Source of the DNA: an uncultured Azospirillaceae bacterium
GTDB lineage: Bacteria; Pseudomonadota; Alphaproteobacteria; RF32; CAG-239
Assembly: GCA_964371845.1 (NCBI GenBank)
Contig: CAYJOO010000002.1
Location: 1-29,198, forward strand
Reading direction: 5' to 3'
DNA: 29,198 bases
The notes under the pieces were generated by a model, which saw only the letters and a program-made list of their open reading frames with translations, had not been told where the DNA came from and searched no databases. Shown piece by piece: positions 20,074 through 28,321 of the stretch. Within the stretch, counting starts at the first letter, position 1, and each line of letters begins with the position of its first letter. The position numbers were made by a program, and so were the translations under genes.

Positions 20074-22083
20074 TTATCTTCCCTGCTTGTATAGTTCCAT
20101 ATTTCTTACAAACATATTATTTGTATCCAAGTCTTCTATGTTTATTGGAAGTTTTCTTCTCCAGTTGGGGTATTGATCTCTGTCTGTGCCGGGAAGATTT
20201 TGTTGTTTTTCAACTTGTAAAATATCTTCTAAGCAAATTAATGCGCCTTTTGAATTTGATTTTGCTAACAAATTATGAGCGGCTTCTTCAATGCCTTCTG
20301 GGTAGTCTTCTCCGTATAGATAATCTGCAAATCTGGGGTTATCTTGTGGCCATAAACCGTTGTTGTCCAAGACTTTTAAGAGTTTCCATCTATCTTCTTC
20401 TCTTTTTTTGAATGCATTGCCCATGTCTTCATCTGTTTGGATAATATCTAATTTGCGTTGCAAGATAATATCTTTGCCAAACCACCACATTCTTAATGGT
20501 GGCATGTCATGAGTTGATATTGATACATATGCATCTTTTGGATAATCATTTGGATTTTTAAAATCTCCCCAACCGCAATCATATTTTTCTGCCCAAAGCA
20601 CAGAGATTGGGGCAATATTTTTTTTGTTGAGCATATCCAAAAAGCCATCTGGCACATTACCAATGCTTTCACCAACTATTGTGCACTTGTTTAAGACGCT
20701 TTCTATTGCCAATATGTTTATCATATCTTCAAAGTTATAATATATATATGTGCCGTCTTCAAACTTGTTTGGAATTACAAACAACCTCATCACATGGTCT
20801 ATTCTCAAGGCTCCTGCATATGCCATATTTGCTCTTAAGACGTTTCTCATTGGCATATATTTTTGTTGTTTTAATATATATGGATTAAAAGCACCTAGCC
20901 CCCAACCCTGCCCTTTGGGAAAAAACATATCTGGTGGAGCGCCTGCGCCAGCATCTTTGATAAAGACATCTTGATTGCTCCACATTTCTGCAGAACATTG
21001 CCCAACTCCTACAGCCAGATCTCTATAAAGGCCAATTGACATTTTGCTTTTGTTTATAAATGCTTCAACATCTTTGAATTGTCTGTCTGCCTCATATTGT
21101 AAGAATTTGTAAAAGCCGATATTTTCTTGGTGTTTTTTCTTGAAATCTTGCACATCTTTTGAATGCGGGTTTTGCAATGCTTTGTCCCAAGTTCTCCAGT
21201 TGCAGTCATATTTTTGTGAAAGCGCTTCAAATGTTGCAAGGTTGTCTAAGTCTTGGCCTTTTTGGTTGCAAAAATTTATAAACTCTTGGCAAGGGCTTTT
21301 TATAAATGTTTTATATATCTTTTTTAAGACGCTCATTTTGGTTTCAAAAACTTTTGTATAATCAATTATATCAATATTTTGAAGCTCTTGAATGTTAATA
21401 TCTTTTATAAGCTCTTTGGTGTATCCCTTTGTTTTTGTGACATCTATATATATTGGGTTTATAAATAGTCTTGATGTTGCTGAATATGGAGAAGCATCTT
21501 CTGGATATTTGTGAGTTAAGACATTTATGGGATTGATGCCTATAACATCAACACCTTTTTTTGCTGATATTTCTGCAAGTTTTTTAAGATCAGAGAAGTC
21601 ACCAACGCCCCAGTTGCTTTTTGATCGCAAAGAGTATAGCTGAACAGAAAGTCCCCATATTTTTTTGTCTTTAATATTTGCGGCTGAATAACAACAACTT
21701 GGTGCAACTGCCAATGTTGTTTTGTATTTTTTGCCTTCTATAACTATATCTATATCATAATACCCGACACTCAAATCAGCTTTTATTGCAACATTATATT
21801 TGTTGTAGGTTTTGTGTGTTTCTATTATACCTATGACTTCATAATCATAATTTGATATTTTGATATCCTCTGTTTTGGAGACGACATCAATTATAAGATT
21901 GTTTTGTTCTCTTATGTATATTGGTTCTAATGCTGTTTGCCAGCGCAGTTCTGCCTCATCATATAATCTTTTTGAAAAAAAATTAATAACATCATCACTA
22001 ATTGTATAATGTTTGCCAGTGCAGGCATCACAAAATTCTGATGCAATTTTTATTTTTTGTGCTTTTTGTTGTGCATCATTCAT
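20074..22083 (-). CDS. malQ: 4-alpha-glucanotransferase (amylomaltase, GH77)
   Basis: WGLSVQLYSLRS, WGVGDFSDL, SPYSATSR, YRDLAVG, GAPPD, RIDH, THD and NLPGT...YPNWRRKL. Start MNDAQQK at 22083 overlaps the glgX stop. Confidence 0.95.
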   Translation of the reverse strand: MNDAQQKAQKIKIASEFCDACTGKHYTISDDVINFFSKRLYDEAELRWQTALEPIYIREQNNLIIDVVSKTEDIKISNYDYEVIGIIETHKTYNKYNVAIKADLSVGYYDIDIVIEGKKYKTTLAVAPSCCYSAANIKDKKIWGLSVQLYSLRSKSNWGVGDFSDLKKLAEISAKKGVDVIGINPINVLTHKYPEDASPYSATSRLFINPIYIDVTKTKGYTKELIKDINIQELQNIDIIDYTKVFETKMSVLKKIYKTFIKSPCQEFINFCNQKGQDLDNLATFEALSQKYDCNWRTWDKALQNPHSKDVQDFKKKHQENIGFYKFLQYEADRQFKDVEAFINKSKMSIGLYRDLAVGVGQCSAEMWSNQDVFIKDAGAGAPPDMFFPKGQGWGLGAFNPYILKQQKYMPMRNVLRANMAYAGALRIDHVMRLFVIPNKFEDGTYIYYNFEDMINILAIESVLNKCTIVGESIGNVPDGFLDMLNKKNIAPISVLWAEKYDCGWGDFKNPNDYPKDAYVSISTHDMPPLRMWWFGKDIILQRKLDIIQTDEDMGNAFKKREEDRWKLLKVLDNNGLWPQDNPRFADYLYGEDYPEGIEEAAHNLLAKSNSKGALICLEDILQVEKQQNLPGTDRDQYPNWRRKLPINIEDLDTNNMFVRNMELYKQGR

Positions 22084-24170
22084 TATAATTCTCCTTTTAA
22101 TACAACTACTGACCAAGGTGATATATTTATCTTATCTGAGCCTTTGTATATGTTTTTGTCATTTGTTTTTGTTGAACTATCTAATAGATATGTCCACTTT
22201 TTTGCTTTGTTTGGCAGTTTCCAGTTTTGTTTTTGTGGATGAGCATTTAATATAAACAAAGTGCATTCTTGGCCGTCATATGTCATATATGATATGGTTT
22301 TTGTTTCTGAATTATTCCAGTCTGCATCTTTATATTCAATTGCATTATGATTATACCATGTAACATCTTTGATTGAAGTATTATCAAACGCCTCACCTTT
22401 AAAAAATGATGTTCTTTGAAAAATTTTCAAGCTTTTTCTGAGTTTTATTAATTTTCTTAAAAAGCGTGTTAAGTCTCTGTTGCGAGAATTTGCTCCGCTC
22501 ACGCCCTCCCAATTGAGCCATGTCATGGCATTGTCTTGGCACCATGGATTGTTGTTGCCCATTTGAAAATGCCCAACATCATCACCAGCCACAATCATTG
22601 GAACACCAAATGATAACATTAATGTTGACATCATTGCTCTTAATCTTGCATACCTATTTTCTTTTATGATTGGATTTTGAGTGTATCCTTCTTCTCCTGA
22701 ATTCCAACTATAGTTGTTGTTTGAGCCGTCTTTGTTGTCTTCATTGTTGGCAAGATTGTGTTTTTGATTAAAGCAAACCAAGTCTCGCATACAAAAACCA
22801 TCATGTGCGGTTACAAAATTAATAGAGCTTGTGATTGGTCGGTTAAAATAATTGAATTTATCTGATGATCCCATAACTCTGGTTGCAAGTTCTGATAATT
22901 GAGATGTGTCTCCTTTGTAAAACCTTCTAACTACGTCTCTGAACTTGTCATTCCACTCTGACCAACCCTGACCAAAAGCGCCAACCTGATACCCTGCGTA
23001 TCCCAAGTCCCATGGTTCTGCAATCATTTTGACATCTCTTAAAACAGGGTCTTGTGCAACAGCTTCTAAAAAGCCTGAGTTGACTTCAAAATCCTCGCCC
23101 ATTCTTGATAAGGTTGAGGCTAAGTCAAATCTGAATCCATCTATATGATATTCTTCAACCCAATATCTCAAAGAGTCCATTATCAATCTTAATACAGCTT
23201 TGTTGCCAACATTAACAGATGCTCCGCAGCCAGTTGAATCATAATAATATCTTTTATTTTCTTTGCTTAAAACATAATAAGTTGCATTGTCAATACCCCT
23301 AAATGAAAGTGTTGGGCCAAGCTCATTGCCTTCTAAAGTGTGATTGTAGACAACGTCTAAAATTATTTCTATATCATTTTTGTGCATTGCTTTTATGGCA
23401 TCTTTCATATCAGAAATATTACCTGTTGGCAAATAAGAAGGCTCTGGCGCAAAATAACACAAGCTCTCATATCCCCAATAATTTTCTCTTTGAGGCTCGT
23501 TCTTGTAATGTTTGTTTGCAAAATATGCATGTATTGGCAAAAACTCAACAGCGGTTATGCCAAGCCATTTTAAGTATTGCAAAACAAATGTGTTGTCAAA
23601 ACCCTTGAATGTGCCACGATGAACATCCGCAACATTTGGATGCAGCATTGTGTATCCTTTAACATGAGTTTCATAAATAATTGTATCTTCCATTGCAATG
23701 TTTGGAGAGTGCTCATCTTGCCAATCATAATCATCAATATCAATAACCACAGATTTTGGAACGTATGGAGCTGAGTCTAATGTTGAGAAAGACAAATCTT
23801 TATGAGGGCTGTCTAAATCATATCCAAAGATTGCTTTGTCCCATATAAGCTTGCCAACAACTTTTTTTGCATATGGATCCAATAACAATTTATTTGGATT
23901 AAATCTGTGTCCATTTTGTGGATCATATGGTCCATAAACCCTATAACCATATACAGTGCCTGGTTTGGCGCCTTTTAAGTATATGCTAAAAATGCCATTT
24001 GTTTTTTCTAAAACTTCATAGCGCTCAAGCTCTTTGTTTGCATCATCTGAGAATATGCACAACTCAATTTTTGTAGCATTTAAGGAATATATGGCAAAGT
24101 TAACACCTGAGCCATCATATAGTGCTCCTAGTTTGTTTGTTCTGCCTTCATATGCCTCATATTTTGCCAT
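22083..24170 (-). CDS. glgX: Glycogen debranching enzyme GlgX (GH13)
   Basis: RFNPNKLLLDPYAK, NYWGY, DVVYNHT, GFRFDLA, AEPWD and TAHDGF. Confidence 0.97.
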   Translation of the reverse strand: MAKYEAYEGRTNKLGALYDGSGVNFAIYSLNATKIELCIFSDDANKELERYEVLEKTNGIFSIYLKGAKPGTVYGYRVYGPYDPQNGHRFNPNKLLLDPYAKKVVGKLIWDKAIFGYDLDSPHKDLSFSTLDSAPYVPKSVVIDIDDYDWQDEHSPNIAMEDTIIYETHVKGYTMLHPNVADVHRGTFKGFDNTFVLQYLKWLGITAVEFLPIHAYFANKHYKNEPQRENYWGYESLCYFAPEPSYLPTGNISDMKDAIKAMHKNDIEIILDVVYNHTLEGNELGPTLSFRGIDNATYYVLSKENKRYYYDSTGCGASVNVGNKAVLRLIMDSLRYWVEEYHIDGFRFDLASTLSRMGEDFEVNSGFLEAVAQDPVLRDVKMIAEPWDLGYAGYQVGAFGQGWSEWNDKFRDVVRRFYKGDTSQLSELATRVMGSSDKFNYFNRPITSSINFVTAHDGFCMRDLVCFNQKHNLANNEDNKDGSNNNYSWNSGEEGYTQNPIIKENRYARLRAMMSTLMLSFGVPMIVAGDDVGHFQMGNNNPWCQDNAMTWLNWEGVSGANSRNRDLTRFLRKLIKLRKSLKIFQRTSFFKGEAFDNTSIKDVTWYNHNAIEYKDADWNNSETKTISYMTYDGQECTLFILNAHPQKQNWKLPNKAKKWTYLLDSSTKTNDKNIYKGSDKINISPWSVVVLKGEL

Positions 24171-24173
24171 GCT

Positions 24174-26369
24174 TTAATTCCTTATTGGTTTTAAGACGAT
24201 TGTTGACAACGGTGGAATTGTCACCCTTATTGAGTGAGGTTTGCAATTCCAGTCATGATGTTCTGCATGAATGTTGTGTTCATTTTTAATGCCGCTGCCC
24301 CAATAGTTTATATCATCAGAGTTAAAAATTTCTTTATATTGGCAGAATTCATTTACACCAATTCTATAATCATGTCTGACAACTGGAGTAAAGTTTGAAA
24401 TTATTAACAAATAATCTTGTGGATTGTGCCCTTTTCTTAAGTATGAAATAACACTATCGTCTGAGTTTGAGTGATCAACCCATTCAAAACCTCTGTAGTC
24501 AAAATCTTCTTCATGCAATGCGCCATTGCCTTTATACATTAGGTTTAAGTCCCTTAGGCAATTTTGCATCCCCTTATACATTGGGTGATCAAGCAAATGC
24601 CAACGCAAGCTTTCTTCTGCGTTCCACTCCCAATCTTGCCCAAACTCGCATCCTTGGAATAAAAGTTTTTTGCCTGGATGGGTCCACATAAAGCCATAAT
24701 AAGCTCTTAAGTTGGCAAATTTTTGCCACTCATCTCCCGGCATTTTTGAAAGCATTGAGCCCTTTCCATGCACAACTTCATCATGTGAAATTGGTAGTAC
24801 AAAGTTTTCATTAAATGCATATAAAAGACCAAATGTTAACATGCCGTGATGATGTTTTCTGTGAATTGGATCTTTTGAGATATATCTTAATGTGTCATTC
24901 ATCCAACCCATGTTCCATTTGAAACCAAATCCCAAACCGCCCATTGTTGTGGGGCGAGAAACCATTGGCCATGCAGTTGATTCTTCAGCGGTTGTAAAGC
25001 TGCCTTCTGCCTGAGAATAACAAACCTCGTTTAATTTTCTGATAAATGAAATTGCTTCTAGGTTTTCATTGCCGCCATAGATGTTTGGTATCCATTCTCC
25101 GTCTTCTCTTGAATAATCCAAATATAACATTGAGGCAACTGCATCAACACGCAAACCATCTATATGAAACTCTTTTAACCAAAATAAAGCAGATGCTGCC
25201 AAAAAGTTTGAAACCTCTGTTCTGCCATAGTTATAAATCTTTGTGCCCCAATCTTTGTGCTCGCCTTTTCTTGGGTCTGAGTGTTCATACAAGCAGGTGC
25301 CATCAAACTCTGCAAGGCCTGTCTCATCTTTGGGGAAGTGTGCTGGTACCCAATCCATTATCACACCGATACCTGCTTGGTGCAGCTTGTCTACCAAATA
25401 TCTAAACTCATCTGGAGTGCCAAATCTTGAGGTTGGAGCAAACATCCCAAGAACTTGATATCCCCATGAACCATCAAATGGATATTCTGTTAATGGCAAA
25501 AACTCAACATGAGTAAAGCCCATATATTTAATATAATCAACCAAGTCTGTTGCAAGATCTTTGTATGTTAAATATTCATAACCGTTTTTGCGCTTCCATG
25601 AGCCAAGATGAACCTCATAAATTGACATTGGTTTGTCAAAAGAGTTTGCCTCTTTTCTGTATTCCATCCAATGAGTATCATGCCATTGATATTTGTTTAT
25701 GTCATAAACAACTGATGCTGTCTTTGGGCGTTGTTCAAATAAAAAGCCACAAGGGTCTGATTTTGTTTTGATATAATCTTCTTGAGTTTTAACCTCAAAT
25801 TTATAAAGCTCATATTCTGTTATATCTGGGATAAAAATATCCCATACGCCGCAAGCTGGGTGGTTTCTCATAACATGAACACGGCCGTCCCACCCGTTGA
25901 AGTTGCCAATGACACTAACGCGTTTTGCACTTGGAGCCCAAACTGCAAAACTCACACCCTTTATGCCATCAAACTCAATCATATGTGCGCCCAACTTTTT
26001 ATACATATTAAGGTGGTTGCCTTCTGCTAAAAGATATAGGTCAATATCACCAAAGATTGAAGGAAATCTGTATGGATCTTCTTTTATAAATTCATTGCCA
26101 TCATTATAACTAACTTTATATTTGTATGAAAAATTTTCTATTGCGCCAAGATTAATTTGATAAAAACCTCTGTCATCTAGCTTTGTCATCTCTCCTAAAG
26201 AAGAGCCGTCTTTTTTTAACAATTCAATCTTTTTTGTTTGAGGCAAATATGTTCTGATATAAACCTCTTTTGTACCTTTATTTTTATGTATTCCCAACAC
26301 CGCAAAAGGGTTTGAATGATTGCCTTGTATTACTGCATTTAGTTCTTCTTTTGACAATAAATTTTCCAT
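24174..26369 (-). CDS. glgB: 1,4-alpha-glucan branching enzyme GlgB
   Basis: FAVWAP, YEVHLGSW, SWGYQ, DWVPAHFP, LRVDAVASMLY, AEEST and SHDEVVHGK. Confidence 0.98.
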   Translation of the reverse strand: MENLLSKEELNAVIQGNHSNPFAVLGIHKNKGTKEVYIRTYLPQTKKIELLKKDGSSLGEMTKLDDRGFYQINLGAIENFSYKYKVSYNDGNEFIKEDPYRFPSIFGDIDLYLLAEGNHLNMYKKLGAHMIEFDGIKGVSFAVWAPSAKRVSVIGNFNGWDGRVHVMRNHPACGVWDIFIPDITEYELYKFEVKTQEDYIKTKSDPCGFLFEQRPKTASVVYDINKYQWHDTHWMEYRKEANSFDKPMSIYEVHLGSWKRKNGYEYLTYKDLATDLVDYIKYMGFTHVEFLPLTEYPFDGSWGYQVLGMFAPTSRFGTPDEFRYLVDKLHQAGIGVIMDWVPAHFPKDETGLAEFDGTCLYEHSDPRKGEHKDWGTKIYNYGRTEVSNFLAASALFWLKEFHIDGLRVDAVASMLYLDYSREDGEWIPNIYGGNENLEAISFIRKLNEVCYSQAEGSFTTAEESTAWPMVSRPTTMGGLGFGFKWNMGWMNDTLRYISKDPIHRKHHHGMLTFGLLYAFNENFVLPISHDEVVHGKGSMLSKMPGDEWQKFANLRAYYGFMWTHPGKKLLFQGCEFGQDWEWNAEESLRWHLLDHPMYKGMQNCLRDLNLMYKGNGALHEEDFDYRGFEWVDHSNSDDSVISYLRKGHNPQDYLLIISNFTPVVRHDYRIGVNEFCQYKEIFNSDDINYWGSGIKNEHNIHAEHHDWNCKPHSIRVTIPPLSTIVLKPIRN

Positions 26370-26476
26370 TTTAATTTCCTCTCCAAAAATTTATTTTTTA
26401 AGATTAATTTATATATTAAATATTGCAAGTAAATAATTATATTAATACATTTTTTTTATTATAATTTTATTGGCTA

Positions 26477-26504
26477 TTGACTTATAAAAAATTGAATGTA
26501 AATT
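26477..26504 (+). promoter_or_regulatory. Possible promoter for the DUF2934-like gene
   Basis: TTGACT (26477-26482), 16-nt spacer, TAAATT (26499-26504); GGAG RBS at 26532-26535. Confidence 0.4.
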
Positions 26505-26542
26505 TATATATGTTAATTAAAAATTTAGAATGGAGATTAAAC

Positions 26543-26806
26543 ATGAAAAATTGTAATGCAAAAATTGCTGAAGCTGCATACTACATCTGGGAAGCACAAG
26601 GTTGTCCTTCTGGAATGGATGAAATTCATTGGGCTATGGCTGTTGAGCAACTTTCAAAATCTTGCAAAAAGTCATCTTCTTGCGCGATGAAAAAAGCATC
26701 TGCAAAAAAAGTTGCTGCTAAAAAACCTGCAGCAAAAAAAGCAGTAGCAAAGAAAATTGCAGCACCAAAAGTTGCTGTTGCAAAAGCTATTTCTATTAAA
26801 AAATAA
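26543..26806 (+). CDS. Small DUF2934-like protein (87 aa) with a Lys/Ala-rich histone-H1-like C-terminal tail
   Basis: IAEAAYYIWEAQGCPSGMDEIHWAMAVEQL matches my recollection of the DUF2934 pattern (I..xAY.IWE..G.P.G....HW..A...L). GGAG RBS 7 nt before ATG 26543; downstream terminator. Confidence 0.85.
   Translation: MKNCNAKIAEAAYYIWEAQGCPSGMDEIHWAMAVEQLSKSCKKSSSCAMKKASAKKVAAKKPAAKKAVAKKIAAPKVAVAKAISIKK
26690..26790 (+). repeat. Coding 15-nt-period repeat (KKxxA pentapeptides)
   Basis: KKASA KKVAA KKPAA KKAVA KKIAA PKVAV AK. Confidence 0.8.
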
Positions 26807-26818
26807 TTGATAGAATAC

Positions 26819-26853
26819 AAAAAAATGAGCTCTGTTTTACAGAGCTTTTTTTT
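26819..26853. terminator. Bidirectional Rho-independent terminator
   Basis: AGCTCTGT-TTT-ACAGAGCT hairpin (26828-26846) with an A run on the left and a T run on the right, between convergent genes. The right arm overlaps the last codons of the methyltransferase. Confidence 0.75.
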
Positions 26854-27892
26854 GGGCCAAAATCACATAACCAAAAACGTCTTCATCACCCTCAAATCTC
26901 AAGGATTTTTCTGATATTTCAACCTTATAAAAACCGCTTTCTTTTAAGACTTGTTTGATGTATTTTTTTGAGTGTCTAAAACGCCCAGAAGAATGCAGCA
27001 AAACATCATTAGAATCGGTTGTGTTTTTGGTGATTGTAAAAGCAAAATAACCATTGTTAACCAAGGTGTTGCAAATACCCTTTATGACTGGAGATAGATT
27101 GTTAAAATATGTTAAAACATCTGATGCAACAACGCAGTCATATAAGGTTTTGTTGTGTTCTAAAAACAAGTTGATATCTGCTTCTATTATATGATTGTAT
27201 ATTCTTTTTGAACTTGCAACCTCGAGCATTTTTGGGGAAATATCAAGCCCAGTTAAACCTCTTTTTTTGCAATATTTTTTGATAAGTTTTCCACATAATC
27301 CTGTGCCACAGCCGATATCTATGACATTGGCATTTTTGATTTTGTTTTTTGCAAATAAAGCTCTTATATGCTCAGGTGCTTGATATGATAAAGTTGATAA
27401 AACATCATCAAAAGAAAATGAAAAATTATCAAAAATTGCTTTTATATATTCAGGATTGGAATCGAGATTTTTTTGTTGTGATAAAATGGCTTTTGAAAAA
27501 TGATTTACTACTGGATTTTTGGGATACATTTTTTGCCACTTTTTTGTTGCTTGCAAATTATTGCACTCATAAAGTAAGTATGCAAAATTAATATGGTGAG
27601 CATTATCAAATGGCGCATATTGGATTGATAAAAAACCTGCTGTTATTGCTTTTTTATACTCTCCAACGGCCTCATAGCTTTGGGAAAGATGGTTTGCAAG
27701 CCATGGGTCTTTTATTTTATTTTTTAAGAGGCATTCATAATATGGAATCGCTTTTTGATATTTTTTTTGGGCAAAATATGATTCAGCTAATATATAATAT
27801 GTTTTTTTTGTTTTTATGCCTTGAGCATAAAAAATAGCTTTTTCATACTTTTGTTTTTCAAAATATTTTTGAGATTTTTCAATATTTTTCAT
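26837..27892 (-). CDS. TPR-repeat-containing class I SAM-dependent methyltransferase (COG4976-like)
   Basis: N-terminal TPR-like helices (LAESYFAQKKYQKAIPYYECLL; LSQSYEAVGEYKKAI). YIKAIFDNFSFSFD...LSYQAP, IDIGCGTGLCG, GLDISPKML, ASDVLTY and SGRFRHS. Confidence 0.85.
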   Translation of the reverse strand: MKNIEKSQKYFEKQKYEKAIFYAQGIKTKKTYYILAESYFAQKKYQKAIPYYECLLKNKIKDPWLANHLSQSYEAVGEYKKAITAGFLSIQYAPFDNAHHINFAYLLYECNNLQATKKWQKMYPKNPVVNHFSKAILSQQKNLDSNPEYIKAIFDNFSFSFDDVLSTLSYQAPEHIRALFAKNKIKNANVIDIGCGTGLCGKLIKKYCKKRGLTGLDISPKMLEVASSKRIYNHIIEADINLFLEHNKTLYDCVVASDVLTYFNNLSPVIKGICNTLVNNGYFAFTITKNTTDSNDVLLHSSGRFRHSKKYIKQVLKESGFYKVEISEKSLRFEGDEDVFGYVILAQKKAL

Positions 27893-27898
27893 AGTTAT

Positions 27899-28219
27899 TC
27901 ACAGGCAAGAAATTTTTAAGGTTATAACACCACCAACAATTAAGGCTATTCCTGTTATGCTTAATAAGCTTGCATTTTCTCCAAAGCAATTAACACTTAT
28001 TAAATATGTGCCCAAAGCACCAATGCCAACCCACACTGCATATGCAACTCCGATTGGTATTTCTTTTTGAGCAAAATACAAAAGAATGCCACTTATGGTC
28101 ATGCCAAGGGCTGAAAACAATACCCATAAAGCATTGTGCTCACTTGATTGCGCCATCTTAAAACCTGTTGGCCAGCAAATTTCAAATATCCCGGCTAAGA
28201 TTAATAAAAACCAACTCAT
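27899..28219 (-). CDS. SMR family transporter, SugE/Gdx-like
   Basis: 106 aa with four TM segments; AGIFEICW (membrane-embedded Glu13) and IPIGVAYAVWVGIGA; AAGGAG RBS. Confidence 0.9.
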   Translation of the reverse strand: MSWFLLILAGIFEICWPTGFKMAQSSEHNALWVLFSALGMTISGILLYFAQKEIPIGVAYAVWVGIGALGTYLISVNCFGENASLLSITGIALIVGGVITLKISCL

Positions 28220-28281
28220 TATGCTCTCCTTATTTTGATATTTTTTTTATTATAAATATAAATTATAAATATTTTATGAAT

Positions 28282-28309
28282 AAAAACAAAGAGGGGTATT
28301 CCCCTCTTT
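28282..28309 (-). terminator. Rho-independent terminator of the 28322 ORF
   Basis: Minus strand AAAGAGGGG-AATA-CCCCTCTTT followed by GTTTTT, 12 nt after the stop. Confidence 0.8.
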
Positions 28310-28321
28310 ATTATAAAATAA

